Shown: piece after piece, positions 37,177 through 47,999 of the stretch
How positions within the stretch are numbered: the first letter of the stretch is position 1
Layout of the letters: every line of letters starts with the position of its first letter
From: Chlorobiota bacterium
Lineage (GTDB): Bacteria; Bacteroidota; Ignavibacteria; OLB7
DNA length: 64,000 bases
Assembly (NCBI GenBank): GCA_021296135.1
Contig: JAGWAZ010000002.1
Span: 1,060 to 65,059 of the forward strand
Direction of reading: 5' to 3'
Made by a program: the position numbers and the translations under genes
Notes under the pieces: model-generated
What the model saw: only the letters and a program-made list of their open reading frames with translations
Database searches by the model: none
Told to the model about the DNA's origin: nothing

Positions 37177-38394
37177 ATGATGAGTGAAGCATATATTGTC
37201 TCGCCAATCAGAACACCGATCGGTCGATATGGAGGTGCCCTTGCGGGGGTTCGTATTGATGATTTAACTGCCTATGTGTTGAAGAATCTGGTGGAACGTT
37301 CCGGAATTCCTGAAGACAGGATTGATGATGTGATTATCGGTTGTGCGAATCAGGCAGGGGAGGATAATCGGAACCTTGCGCGCATGGCAACGCTTTTGGC
37401 CGGATTGCCCGATACCACGCCGGCAACAACGCTGAATCGACTCTGTGGCTCGGCACTTGACGCAACGATCTATGCTGCTCGTGCAATCAGGTCAGGTGAG
37501 GCCGATATTATTATTGCCGGTGGAGCAGAAGTGATGTCGCGAGCGCCCTACGTTATCCCGAAAAACGCAACGGGAAAAACCCTCTTTGGTAATCTTACTG
37601 CCTATGACACGGCTCTGGGGTGGCGATTCGCAAATCCTGTGATGCAGAAGATGTTCCCTCTGGAGTCGATGGGAGAGACTGCTGAGAACATCGCCGAACG
37701 TTGGAAGATTGATCGCGAGACCCAAGATGAATTTGCGCTCCGCTCACATCAACTTTCTTTGAAAGCCTGGGATGAAGGAAGGTACGATTCAACGGTTATT
37801 CCGGTTGAGATACCACAGCGTAAAAAAGATCCGATTGCTGTCTCGCGTGATGAGGGACCGCGACCTGACACTTCTGTTGAAAAACTTGCAACCCTCCGTC
37901 CTGCCTTCAGAAAAGATGGCAGTGTTACGGCAGGAAACTCTTCGAGTTTGAACGATGGTGCGGGTGCGCTGGTGGTTGCCGGTGAAAAGGCTGTGAAAGA
38001 ATATGGGCTGAAACCGATGCTTCGATATATCTCTGGAGCAACAGCCGGCGTTGATCCCCGCATCATGGGGATCGGGCCGGTACCCGCTTCACGAAAAGCG
38101 CTGGAACGAGCGGGAATGACAATGGACCAGATCGATCTGATTGAGTTGAACGAGGCATTTGCTGTCCAGTCGTTAGCGGTCATCAGTGAGCTTGATATCA
38201 ATATCAACAAGCTTAACGTCAACGGAGGTGCAATTGCTTTGGGACACCCTCTCGGTATGTCGGGCGTCCGTCTCGTGGCGACACTCGGTGATGAAATGGC
38301 TCGACAAGGCCTCCGCTTTGGGCTGGCAACGATGTGCATCGGAGTTGGTCAGGGAGTCAGTGGGGTTTTTGAGAGAGTTGGAGATGAACTATAA
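37177..38394 (+). CDS. Thiolase (PaaJ/PcaF-like acetyl-CoA C-acyltransferase)
   Basis: GCANQAGEDNRN, NRLCGS, NEAF, GHPLG, CIGVGQG. Confidence 0.95.
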   Translation: MMSEAYIVSPIRTPIGRYGGALAGVRIDDLTAYVLKNLVERSGIPEDRIDDVIIGCANQAGEDNRNLARMATLLAGLPDTTPATTLNRLCGSALDATIYAARAIRSGEADIIIAGGAEVMSRAPYVIPKNATGKTLFGNLTAYDTALGWRFANPVMQKMFPLESMGETAENIAERWKIDRETQDEFALRSHQLSLKAWDEGRYDSTVIPVEIPQRKKDPIAVSRDEGPRPDTSVEKLATLRPAFRKDGSVTAGNSSSLNDGAGALVVAGEKAVKEYGLKPMLRYISGATAGVDPRIMGIGPVPASRKALERAGMTMDQIDLIELNEAFAVQSLAVISELDININKLNVNGGAIALGHPLGMSGVRLVATLGDEMARQGLRFGLATMCIGVGQGVSGVFERVGDEL

Positions 38395-38534
38395 AGTGAG
38401 AAGTGGGAAGTTAGAAGAGTGAAAAAGATGGTGAGGGACCGGAGGAGATGAGAAAGAAGTATGAAGGCAGAAGTTCGAAGTGAAGGCAGTGAAGCCCATT
38501 CTTGTATCGTACTAACAACCAACGAGTAGAGATT

Positions 38535-39455
38535 ATGCGCGTCATCTTCATGGGCACACCTGACTTTGCAATTCCTTCTCTTGAGGCAATTGTAGAGGCA
38601 GGATATACGATCCCTCTTGTTGTGACTCTTCCCGATAAACCGAAAGGTCGGGGACGAAAGCTGAGTCCCTCTCCGGTCAAAGCGAGAGCAGAGGAGCTTG
38701 GAATCGAGGTCGCAACTCCTGGAAAGCTTCGTGATCCGGAATTTCTTGAGTTGCTCAGTTTCAAAAAGCCGGATGTTATCTGTGTTGTCGCATTCCGAAT
38801 TCTTCCCGGAGAAGTCTTCTCAATTCCGTCTCGTGGCAGCTTTAATCTGCATGGCTCTCTTCTCCCGAAATACCGGGGAGCGGCGCCAATCAATCGAGCA
38901 ATTATGGCCGGCGAAAGGGAGACGGGAGTAACAACCTTTTTTCTAAAGCGGAAGGTCGATACGGGTGATGTCATTCTAAAAAAACGGATTCCTATCGGGC
39001 CTGAAATGACTGCTGGAGAATTACGTGACATTATGAAAATAGTTGGGGCAGAGGCAGTTATTGAAACATTGAGACTGATTGAGGAGGGCGGAGTTAAACT
39101 TGAACCTCAAGCTGATGAGGAGGCAACACCAGCTCCAAAAATCTTTCGTGAAGATTGTCGCATCGACTGGAGCCAGCCAGCTGTTCAACTCCACAATATG
39201 ATTCGAGGACTCTCTCCCTATCCAGGTGCATTCACTCTGTGGGAGGGGAAGTCTCTCAAGGTGCTTCGTGCAAAGCTCGGTGAAAAACAAGGCCTTGGCC
39301 AAGGCGAAGTGCTTGTTGAGGAGGAGCGTCTCTTTGTCGGTGCGGGGGATGGCAGTCTTGAGTTAGCTGAAGTTCAACGTGAAGGTAAACGAGTCATGGG
39401 TGTTACCGAATTCTTAAGGGGAATATCAATCCCTCAGGCTACCCGTTTCGATTGA
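38535..39455 (+). CDS. fmt: Methionyl-tRNA formyltransferase
   Basis: MRVIFMGTPDFA, NLHGSLLPKYRGAAPI, IRGLSPYPGA. Confidence 0.97.
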   Translation: MRVIFMGTPDFAIPSLEAIVEAGYTIPLVVTLPDKPKGRGRKLSPSPVKARAEELGIEVATPGKLRDPEFLELLSFKKPDVICVVAFRILPGEVFSIPSRGSFNLHGSLLPKYRGAAPINRAIMAGERETGVTTFFLKRKVDTGDVILKKRIPIGPEMTAGELRDIMKIVGAEAVIETLRLIEEGGVKLEPQADEEATPAPKIFREDCRIDWSQPAVQLHNMIRGLSPYPGAFTLWEGKSLKVLRAKLGEKQGLGQGEVLVEEERLFVGAGDGSLELAEVQREGKRVMGVTEFLRGISIPQATRFD

Positions 39456-39628
39456 TATCTGAGCATACCTTCACCGTTTCGATTTGTTCACTAACCCTTC
39501 AAAAGCGCCTCGCAATTACCGATGTTCATGGAACTCTACGTATCTTTTATTCTACAAGATCCTGAGCTTCTGAATTGAAGGGAATTCAGGCCAAACTTGC
39601 TCATCGATACAACGACTTAACGTACTCT

Positions 39629-40321
39629 ATGGAATCCCAATCCAAGCTTATAGTGGCATTAACCTCTCAAGTTGGTCGCAAATACCTTACCGGTATTACC
39701 GGAGTTCTTCTTGTCATCTTTATTATCGGTCATTTGCTTGGAAACTTGCAGTTGCTCGATTCCGATCCTGAGCGGTTTAACGCCTACGCAAAATCCCTTC
39801 ACGATTTTGGACTGCTTCTCTATATCATAGAAATTGCACTTGCGGGTGTTATTCTTCTGCATGCTTTTATTGGGATCGCAATATTTATGCGAAAACTGAA
39901 AGCTCGCAAACATGGATATAAGGTCTCAGGACAAAAACAGGGGGGCAATGGAAAGCAGTCACTCGCTTCTCGATCAATGATCTACACAGGAATTGTTCTG
40001 CTGATTTTCCTGGTTGTGCACATCGCGCAATTCCGGTTTGGACCCGCAAAAGAGACTGTAATCAATAATGAACCAGCAATGGATCTCCATGCACTTGTTA
40101 TGGAGACATTCTCAAATATCTGGTGGGTCATCTTTTATGTTGGTGTAATGGTTCTGATTGGCTTTCATTTGCGTCATGGGATCTGGAGCGCTTTGCAATC
40201 GCTCGGAGCCATGAAGCCACGCTGGTCCAAAGCGATTCATGGTGCTGCGCTGATTATCGGATTATTGTTGGCGATCGGCTTCCTGGTGCTTCCGATTATT
40301 ATTTACGTCCGACAGGTATAG
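39629..40321 (+). CDS. sdhC: Succinate dehydrogenase/fumarate reductase cytochrome b subunit (single anchor)
   Basis: GRKY..GITG, HLLGN, HL.HG.WSA.QSLG; lies upstream of sdhA. Confidence 0.92.
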   Translation: MESQSKLIVALTSQVGRKYLTGITGVLLVIFIIGHLLGNLQLLDSDPERFNAYAKSLHDFGLLLYIIEIALAGVILLHAFIGIAIFMRKLKARKHGYKVSGQKQGGNGKQSLASRSMIYTGIVLLIFLVVHIAQFRFGPAKETVINNEPAMDLHALVMETFSNIWWVIFYVGVMVLIGFHLRHGIWSALQSLGAMKPRWSKAIHGAALIIGLLLAIGFLVLPIIIYVRQV

Positions 40322-40397
40322 CAGGACAAGGAATAAGCCAAGGGCTCTAAGTACAAATTCTATCCTCGAAGAATCAAGCTCAAAACACGTTTCATAC

Positions 40398-42320
40398 ATG
40401 TCAGACTCAATTCTTAACGCACGGATTCCTGAAGGCCGTCTTGAAGATAAGTGGCAGAACTTCCTTGATTCCTGCAAACTGGTAAATCCGAACAACAAGA
40501 GAAAGCATACGATTATTGTTGTAGGAACCGGATTGGCCGGAGCTTCTTCCGCTGCGTCGTTGGCCGAGCTTGGATATAACGTTAAGGCATTCTGTATTCA
40601 GGATTCGGCTCGTCGTGCACACAGCATCGCAGCGCAAGGTGGAATCAATGCTGCGAAAAACTATCATGATGATGGCGATACAGTCTGGCGACTCTTCTAT
40701 GATACAATCAAAGGGGGGGACTATCGTGCGCGAGAAGCAAATGTCTATCGACTGGCACAAATCAGCAATAACATTATCGATCAGTCTGTAGCGCAGGGCG
40801 TTCCCTTTGCGCGGGAGTATGGAGGGTTGTTAGCCAACCGGTCGTTTGGTGGTGCTCAGGTTTCTCGTACGTTTTATGCACGTGGCCAGACCGGGCAACA
40901 GTTATTGCTTGGAGCCTATCAGGCGCTTTCGAAGATGGTAGATGCTGGCAAGGTTGAGATGCTGCCACGTCAGGAGATGTTGGATCTCGTTGTTATTGAG
41001 GGCAAAGCACGAGGCATTATCACTCGGAATCTTGTGACCGGAGAGTACGAGCGTCATGTAGCAGATGCGGTTCTGCTTTGCACCGGTGGTTACGGAAATG
41101 TATTCTATCTCTCAACCAACGCAAAAAATTCGAACGTTACAGCAGCATGGCGATGCTATAAACGCGGAGCATACTTTGCGAACCCTTGTTATACGCAGAT
41201 TCACCCAACCTGCATTCCGGTATCGGGGGACTATCAATCGAAACTGACCCTGATGTCGGAGAGTCTCCGGAATGATGGACGCGTATGGGTTCCGAAGAAT
41301 GCCGACGACAAACGCCCTCCAAACCAGATACCGGAGTCGGATCGCGACTATTATCTTGAACGGAGATATCCCAGCTTCGGCAATCTGGTTCCACGTGACG
41401 TTGCTTCTCGCAATGCCAAGCACGTTGTTGATGACGGGCGTGGTGTAGGGGCAAGGGGCGTGGCTGTCTACCTCGATTTTGCCGATTCAATCAATCGCCT
41501 TGGTGTGGATGCAATTTCTGCTCGATATGGAAATCTCTTCGACATGTACGAGCGGATTACGGGAGAAAACCCCTACGAGAAACCGATGCGTATCTATCCT
41601 GCCGTTCACTATACAATGGGAGGCCTCTGGGTCGATTATCACCTTATGAGCACAATCCCTGGTCTCTTTGTCCTCGGAGAGGCCAACTTCTCAGATCACG
41701 GAGCAAACCGTCTTGGTGCAAGCGCTTTGATGCAAGGGCTTTCTGATGGCTATTTTGTGATCTCTCATACACTCGGAGATTATATTGCCAACAACAGTTT
41801 CCCTGATGTTAGTGATAGCAACGAAGCCTTTGCCGAGGTTGAAAGCGAATCCTCACAGCGAATAGAGAAGCTTCTCTCGATTCAGGGTGAGAGGACAGTC
41901 CTCGAATTCCATCGTGATCTTGGAAAAATCATGTGGGACAATGTCGGGATGTCCAGAAACAGGGAGGGATTAGGGAGTGCAATTTCAGAGATTCAAAAGT
42001 TGCGGGACGAATTCTGGCAGAATCTGAAAGTTCCTGGCCAGGCAACCACTTACAACAAAAATCTGGAATTTGCCGGACGTGTTGCCGATTTTCTTGAGCT
42101 TGGCGAGCTAATGGCAAAGGATGCGCTCCACCGTGAAGAATCCTGTGGAGGACATTTCCGTGAGGAGTATCAGACCGAGGAAGGAGAGGCTCTTCGCAAC
42201 GACGAAGAGTTTACCTATGTCGCTGCATGGGAGTATTCGGACCTGAATGGTGAGTCGACGCTCCACAAAGAGAATCTTGAATTTGAGCGTGTTGCTCCGA
42301 GCCAACGAAGCTATAAGTAA
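40398..42320 (+). CDS. sdhA: Succinate dehydrogenase/fumarate reductase flavoprotein subunit
   Basis: [39 protein letters not shown]. Confidence 0.97.
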   Translation: MSDSILNARIPEGRLEDKWQNFLDSCKLVNPNNKRKHTIIVVGTGLAGASSAASLAELGYNVKAFCIQDSARRAHSIAAQGGINAAKNYHDDGDTVWRLFYDTIKGGDYRAREANVYRLAQISNNIIDQSVAQGVPFAREYGGLLANRSFGGAQVSRTFYARGQTGQQLLLGAYQALSKMVDAGKVEMLPRQEMLDLVVIEGKARGIITRNLVTGEYERHVADAVLLCTGGYGNVFYLSTNAKNSNVTAAWRCYKRGAYFANPCYTQIHPTCIPVSGDYQSKLTLMSESLRNDGRVWVPKNADDKRPPNQIPESDRDYYLERRYPSFGNLVPRDVASRNAKHVVDDGRGVGARGVAVYLDFADSINRLGVDAISARYGNLFDMYERITGENPYEKPMRIYPAVHYTMGGLWVDYHLMSTIPGLFVLGEANFSDHGANRLGASALMQGLSDGYFVISHTLGDYIANNSFPDVSDSNEAFAEVESESSQRIEKLLSIQGERTVLEFHRDLGKIMWDNVGMSRNREGLGSAISEIQKLRDEFWQNLKVPGQATTYNKNLEFAGRVADFLELGELMAKDALHREESCGGHFREEYQTEEGEALRNDEEFTYVAAWEYSDLNGESTLHKENLEFERVAPSQRSYK

Positions 42321-42405
42321 TTAAAAATTCAAAAGGAAGTCTGGTTCTATTGCTGCATCCTCCTTTTTGAATTTTGAATTTTTATTTTTGAACTGATCAA
42401 GCGAT

Positions 42406-43143
42406 ATGAAGCTTAGTTTGAAGATATGGAGACAAGAAGGACCGGATAAGGAGGGACGACTTGTTCGGTACCAGGTCGAAGCCAATCCACATATGTCGTT
42501 TCTCGAGATGATCGACGTGCTCAACGAGCAACTTATCAAAGCGGGGGAGGATCCGGTAGAATTCGATCATGATTGTCGTGAGGGGATCTGTGGCTCCTGC
42601 AACATGGTGATTAATGGTGTGCCGCACGGGCCTCTACGCGGGACGGCCGCCTGTCAGTTGCACATGCGACATTACAAGGATGGAGATACTATCGTTATCG
42701 AACCCTGGCTTGCTCGAGGCTTCCCGATTATCAAAGACCTTGTTGTCGACCGGAGCGCGTTTGACAGAATTATTGCAGCTGGCGGATATGTAAGTGTGGA
42801 TACAGGTTCAGCCCCCGATGCAAATGCCATCCCGATTGAAAAGGTGAAATCTGATACTGCGTTCGACTATGCAACCTGTATCGGTTGTGGCGCTTGTGTT
42901 GCTGCCTGTCCAAACGCTTCGGCTTCTCTTTTCACGGCATCAAAAATTGCACATCTTGCTCTTCTTCCTCAAGGGGATGCTGAGAGGAAGACCCGCGTGG
43001 TTCGCATGGTTGATCAAATGGAGAAGGAGGGATTTGGTGATTGTTCAAATCATGGCGCTTGTGAAGTGGTCTGTCCAAAAGAAATTCCAATTGATGCTAT
43101 TGCCTTCATGAGAAGGGAGTATATGAAGGCCGTTCTCTCGTAG
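42406..43143 (+). CDS. sdhB: Succinate dehydrogenase/fumarate reductase iron-sulfur subunit
   Basis: [33 protein letters not shown]. Confidence 0.97.
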   Translation: MKLSLKIWRQEGPDKEGRLVRYQVEANPHMSFLEMIDVLNEQLIKAGEDPVEFDHDCREGICGSCNMVINGVPHGPLRGTAACQLHMRHYKDGDTIVIEPWLARGFPIIKDLVVDRSAFDRIIAAGGYVSVDTGSAPDANAIPIEKVKSDTAFDYATCIGCGACVAACPNASASLFTASKIAHLALLPQGDAERKTRVVRMVDQMEKEGFGDCSNHGACEVVCPKEIPIDAIAFMRREYMKAVLS

Positions 43144-43259
43144 TACCAGAGAACAGCGATTTCTTTAGCGCCTGTTTGTTGTAGGAGCAAAGCTTAATGA
43201 GTTGAAAGTTTATAGAGTCGAAGAGCTTGTGAGTCGAAAGTTGGGGGGTGAGAGCTTGA

Positions 43260-43610
43260 GATGTTATTATTGGTGCTGGCCCAAAGGGATTGGCTTGCGG
43301 GGTATATGCGCGACGTGCAGAACTACGACAGGTAGTAATTGAGAAAGAGACTATTGTCAATACGATTGTCGGGTATCCTCGATCGATAACGTTCTTTTCA
43401 ACTCCTGAACGGCGCTCAATTGGTGATCTTCCCTTTTCATCTCCTCATTTTCGCCCATCAAGGCAAGAGGCTATTGTCTATTGAAGCCAACGTTCCCGAC
43501 CTGTTTCTGGCCGGGTCGGTTGCCTGCGGGTGCAAAACATGGGAGACTTTTATTGAAAATGGACGAGAACATGCAAAAATTGTGATGGAGCAGATCCTTG
43601 CCTATGCTAT
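43260..43610 (+). pseudogene. ypdA: YpdA-family (putative bacillithiol disulfide reductase) pseudogene with large internal deletion
   Basis: DVIIGAGPKGLAC...IEK...YP...FFSTPE..SIGDLPF...PSRQEAIVY* is joined out of frame to EANVPDLFLAG...FIENGREHA. The central NADPH-binding region and the start codon are missing. Confidence 0.85.
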
Positions 43611-43830
43611 TAAGAACTCAAGAGTGGAGGATCTTAATCTGAGAGGGAGGCTGAATGGTATTGTCTCCACACCGTTGCAGGGCTATATTGGGATTAATCC
43701 GTGTAAGTCTCAGGAATAATTACGCATGATACATATCAAGTTGCTATTCTCAGGACCGGAAATCCTTCCGTCAAATCAAGCTAACTCTTCACGTAGAAAA
43801 ACACACCGCTTCAATCGGAGTGGTGGTTTT

Positions 43831-45483
43831 ATGTGGTACGTTTTCCTCTTCGCATCTTTTTTTTATGTCACCAAGCTTTTCGCACAGGTGGAAGCACCGG
43901 TTAGTGGAGAAGGTCCGCGTTGGTTTGGAACTACCGGCAAATCGTTGCCATACGATACCTCGGCCCAGGAAGCGTTGGCCGAACGTGCGCTCGCAACTGC
44001 CGGTTTGCTCGAAGGAGCTATTGACCCGGAACAATATCATGTGGGGCCAAATGATATTCTGACGGTTACAATCTGGACTTCCAGGACTCAGCAGTATGAT
44101 ATTCTCGTGACACCTGATGCCAAGGTTTTGATACAGACTGTGGGGGAGGTGAATTTAAGGGATAAAACGTTAGCAGAAGCAGAGAAGGAGATCAAAAAGG
44201 CGGTTGCTCGTGTCTATAACGTTGATGCTTCAGTCTCTTTGAGGAAGATGAGAGAGTTCAAAGTGAACGTTACCGGTGCCGTTCGGCTTCCCGGTGCTGT
44301 GACTGCAACGCCTGCGACGCGGGTTTCGGAAGTGGTTGGTCTTGCTGGCGGGCCTTTACAACGGGGAAACCAGCGTGACATACTCATCTATCGACGAAAG
44401 CCTGAAGGAACCCGTGAGGTAATTCGTGTTGATCTACTTCCGTTCTTTGCTTTTGCTGATCTCTCCAGCAATCAGTTTGTGTGTGATGGCGATGTTATCA
44501 AGGTAGGTATTGTCGATCCGGACAATGTTGTGCAGATCTATGGTGAAGTTGCCATGGAGGGAGAGTATTCCTTCCAACCGACTGATTCGATCTCAACGAT
44601 CATCAACGCATCGTTTGGGTTCACGGCTAATGCCCGTCGCGATTCAATCCTGGTAATAAGTGTCACAGAGGCAGGGGAGATAAGCAGTGAGACGTGGCAT
44701 AGTTATCTGAATGATGGAATACTCACAAATGATCGTGCTCTCCAGAACGGTGACAGGATATTTGTTTGGGGCAAACCCAGGTTTCGTCAGCGGGATCAGG
44801 TCGTTGTGGCTGGAGAAGTGCAGCAGCCGGGGGTCTATCCGATTGTTCCTGGCTCGACAACCTTGCGGGAGTTGATTTCCATGTCGGGAGGATTTACTCA
44901 AGAGGCTTCCCTGATCGATGCAGTACTTATTCGCCGTGAAGCCATCGGACAACCCGATGAGTATTTCCGGTATGTTAGCGCGATTGAGTCTACGAATCGA
45001 ACATTAGATGAGCAAGCATACTTCCGGACGAAGTTGTTGGAGCTAGCCAAGCAGGGTGAGATGGCAGTAGATTTTCGTGCTCTCATGAACGGAGATGAAT
45101 CGCAGAATATCCCGTTGATGAGCAATGACTCACTTTACGTGCCGGTGCTTCTCGGCCATATTCGTGTTTCGGGCAAAGTGAAGAATCCGGGACACTTTCT
45201 TTACGAGTCGGGTTCAGAGTATGAGGCATATGTTGATAGGGCTGGAGGATATGGTTGGAAGGCGGATAAAGGTGAGACGCAGGTTATCAAGGGGAGATCA
45301 GGGGATCGATTCCCGGCTAAAGATGAAGAGAACTATATCCTTGAACCAGGAGATGCAATTTTTGTTCCTGAAGAGCAACCTTCAAATTTCTGGGAAAGTT
45401 TTACGATTGCGTTAACGATTGCGACGCAAACGACTGCGATAGTTGCTCTTGTCATAAGTCTGACCGGAAGCAACAATCCGTAG
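43831..45483 (+). CDS. Polysaccharide export protein with multiple SLBB domains (Wza/KpsD-like)
   Basis: YHVGPNDILTV export motif; repeated V.VTGAV..PG, GEVQQPGVY, SGKVKNPG SLBB repeats. ATG 43831 gives a clean signal peptide (alternative 43726). Confidence 0.9.
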   Translation: MWYVFLFASFFYVTKLFAQVEAPVSGEGPRWFGTTGKSLPYDTSAQEALAERALATAGLLEGAIDPEQYHVGPNDILTVTIWTSRTQQYDILVTPDAKVLIQTVGEVNLRDKTLAEAEKEIKKAVARVYNVDASVSLRKMREFKVNVTGAVRLPGAVTATPATRVSEVVGLAGGPLQRGNQRDILIYRRKPEGTREVIRVDLLPFFAFADLSSNQFVCDGDVIKVGIVDPDNVVQIYGEVAMEGEYSFQPTDSISTIINASFGFTANARRDSILVISVTEAGEISSETWHSYLNDGILTNDRALQNGDRIFVWGKPRFRQRDQVVVAGEVQQPGVYPIVPGSTTLRELISMSGGFTQEASLIDAVLIRREAIGQPDEYFRYVSAIESTNRTLDEQAYFRTKLLELAKQGEMAVDFRALMNGDESQNIPLMSNDSLYVPVLLGHIRVSGKVKNPGHFLYESGSEYEAYVDRAGGYGWKADKGETQVIKGRSGDRFPAKDEENYILEPGDAIFVPEEQPSNFWESFTIALTIATQTTAIVALVISLTGSNNP

Positions 45484-45527
45484 AGAAACTATCCTACCGA
45501 GACAGGATTGATCCGATAGAAGCATAA

Positions 45528-46790
45528 ATGTGTATGGATAATCAACGCTTGAATGAGGGGGAGAGTACCTTGTTCCCTGAGACCCCTCAACAAAGTTCAG
45601 CACGACTTTACGATTACCTTGTGGTCGTTTGGCGGCACAAACGTTTCTTTGTCATCTTCACGATAGTTGGTCTTCTTCTTGCAATAGCCTATTCTCTGAC
45701 CATCCCCTACACGTATGTTGCCACTGCAACGTTAATGCCGCCTGAGCGGGAATCGGGGTCACGGTCAAATTTTACATCGCTCATACAATCGGGTGGTATA
45801 GACCTGTTCGGTCTTGGAGAAACTTCTTCAGGGCGCATCTTTATAGAAATGCTTCAGAGTCGCACACTTGCCGACAGCTTGATAGAGCGATTGGATCTGA
45901 TGGAGCGACTTGGACTCCCGGAAAGCCGTATTGTTGCGATAGATGAGTTGAAGGGGAAAATCGAGGTTGAAGAAACGAAGTCAGGCGTCATTATGATCGG
46001 GTTCAGCATAGGCACGCCCCGGTTCCCGAGTGATGAAGATATTACCAAAGCGAAGACTCTTTCGGCAGAGATTGTGAACGAGGCCATCGAAGTCCTTGAT
46101 ATTCTGAACAGGGAGAAGATGGTCACTCAAGCGAAGAGCTCTCGTGAGTTCCTTGGTCGTATGGTAGAGTTGAAGCAAGCCGAGCTTGACTCAGCCCGAC
46201 TGAGGATGGCTACGTTTCAGAAAGAAAACCGGGCCTTTGCTGTCGATAAACAATTAGAGCTTGTGGTTAAGTCGCTCGCTGAAACTCAGTACAGGATTCA
46301 GACGCTTGAGCTTGAGATTGCTTCAGTGGAGCAGGAATTCCGGCCTGACGCACAGGTCCTTGCCAATATGAGGGGAGAGCTTGCGGAGCTACGACAACAG
46401 CAAGCAGCAATGTCTACAAGAGATGTCCTGGGTATGAATCTGGACAATGCTCCCGATATTGCTATGGAGTATTTGAAGCGGCGACTTGATCTTGAGGTGG
46501 CAACGCAAGTATACTCCTATCTCGTGAGCCAGTACAATTCCGAACAGGTGCAGGAGGCACGTGACTTGCCAACAATTTCGGTGCTCGATCCGGCTGTTCC
46601 GCCTGAGTATCGTTCCGCTCCTCGCCGTACGTTCCTGGTAATGATCTCATTTTTCATCATAGTCATAATTGGCGTTGTGCTGATCTTTTTGCTCGAATGG
46701 TTTGGCAAAGATGTTCGCAGGTTCAGTTCCGATTACTTCCCTCGATGGGTTAAACGAATCCTGCGTCTTCCTTCTACTTCCGGAGGTTGA
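45528..46790 (+). CDS. Wzz/GumC-like polysaccharide co-polymerase without kinase domain
   Basis: Two TM segments flanking a coiled coil; Y.ATATLMPP, LQSRTL, VLDPAVPPE..SAP.R. Confidence 0.88.
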   Translation: MCMDNQRLNEGESTLFPETPQQSSARLYDYLVVVWRHKRFFVIFTIVGLLLAIAYSLTIPYTYVATATLMPPERESGSRSNFTSLIQSGGIDLFGLGETSSGRIFIEMLQSRTLADSLIERLDLMERLGLPESRIVAIDELKGKIEVEETKSGVIMIGFSIGTPRFPSDEDITKAKTLSAEIVNEAIEVLDILNREKMVTQAKSSREFLGRMVELKQAELDSARLRMATFQKENRAFAVDKQLELVVKSLAETQYRIQTLELEIASVEQEFRPDAQVLANMRGELAELRQQQAAMSTRDVLGMNLDNAPDIAMEYLKRRLDLEVATQVYSYLVSQYNSEQVQEARDLPTISVLDPAVPPEYRSAPRRTFLVMISFFIIVIIGVVLIFLLEWFGKDVRRFSSDYFPRWVKRILRLPSTSGG

Positions 46791-46796
46791 GTTCGT

Positions 46797-47996
46797 ATGA
46801 ATTCGGGGACTACAACTTCGGGCGATAGCTTGGAACAGATCAGGGTACTTGCTATTGACAAAACGGCTGTACTGGCGCATGTTCGTGATCGGTGGGACAG
46901 ACTTTCGGCACACCAGGAGATCGATCTTGCTCTACTTTCACCCGATTCATGGATAGAAAACTTTCGCACCTACCGATTTACATCTTCAGATGCCTATCAT
47001 TTCAAGGCCGTCGTGGGGAAGGTTATCGGGATTGGCCGTGAGTTGAAAGCGATCTATCGTTCGGGATTGTTCAAAGCGTTTCGTCAGACTCGTCCTGAAG
47101 TTGTGCTGATGTTCGAGGAGTCCTTCTCCTTCTTTGCTCTGCAAACACTTATTGCCCGGAGGCTATTCGCTCCGAATGCCAGGTTGGTCTTCTACAGCAA
47201 CAACGTTACTTCATATAAAATTCCTGGCTACAGGCTTTCTAGACTCTACCGTGCGATAGCCAGGATTGTCACTCCACGTTGTGATGTAGGATTATGTGTG
47301 AACGATGCCGCCGAGAGAGTCCTCCGGGAAGCGGGCTATGGAATCGAAATCCGCACGCTCTTCTATGGGATTGATGAACGCCGGTTTGCTCCTGTCGAAC
47401 GGATAAAAGCACGGAATGAGGTAGGCCTTTCCCCCGATCAAAGAGTCTTGCTCTATGCGGGTCGTTTGATTGAATTGAAGGGAGTACAGGATTTGATCGC
47501 AGCCTTTGAGGGCCTGTACAAGAGACGGCCAGACGATAAATTAAAGCTTCTGATCGTCGGTGATGGGCCTTATAGAGAAGCGTTGCTTCAACAGGCAAAT
47601 GCTCTTGATGCAAAAGAAAGAATTGAGTTCCGTCAGGTAGTTCCGATCGAGTCGATGCCGACCCTGATAGGCGCCTGCGACATGTTGGTTCTTCCCTCAC
47701 GGAAAGAATTCAACGAACAGTTCGGGCGTGTGAATGCTGAAACGATGCTGTGTGGAACAACTATAGTAGCATCGACAAGTGGAGCGATCCCGAAAGTGTT
47801 AGGCGAAAACGGTTTTGTTTTCGAGGCCGGTAATGTTGAGGAATTGACTGAGAAGATTATCTATATACTTGAGCATCCTGGTGAAGCAGAGGACCGAAGA
47901 ACCAAGGGGCGAGCTTATGCTTTGAAGCACTATTCTACTCAGGCGGCTATTAGGAATCTGCTTCAACTTATTAAAGATATGACCGGAGAACGATAA
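46797..47996 (+). CDS. Glycosyltransferase family 4 (GT-B)
   Basis: YAGRLIELKGVQDLI, LLIVGDGP, LVLPS...EQFGRVNAE. Confidence 0.92.
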   Translation: MNSGTTTSGDSLEQIRVLAIDKTAVLAHVRDRWDRLSAHQEIDLALLSPDSWIENFRTYRFTSSDAYHFKAVVGKVIGIGRELKAIYRSGLFKAFRQTRPEVVLMFEESFSFFALQTLIARRLFAPNARLVFYSNNVTSYKIPGYRLSRLYRAIARIVTPRCDVGLCVNDAAERVLREAGYGIEIRTLFYGIDERRFAPVERIKARNEVGLSPDQRVLLYAGRLIELKGVQDLIAAFEGLYKRRPDDKLKLLIVGDGPYREALLQQANALDAKERIEFRQVVPIESMPTLIGACDMLVLPSRKEFNEQFGRVNAETMLCGTTIVASTSGAIPKVLGENGFVFEAGNVEELTEKIIYILEHPGEAEDRRTKGRAYALKHYSTQAAIRNLLQLIKDMTGER

Positions 47997-47999
47997 GCG

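Noticed and set aside
38394-38500. Short repeats as a CRISPR array
   Set aside because: Units are 7 bp, degenerate and have no spacers; no cas genes or 25-40 bp repeats were seen in the window.
37749-39031. 196-aa and 206-aa minus-strand ORFs
   Set aside because: Antisense shadows of the thiolase and fmt.
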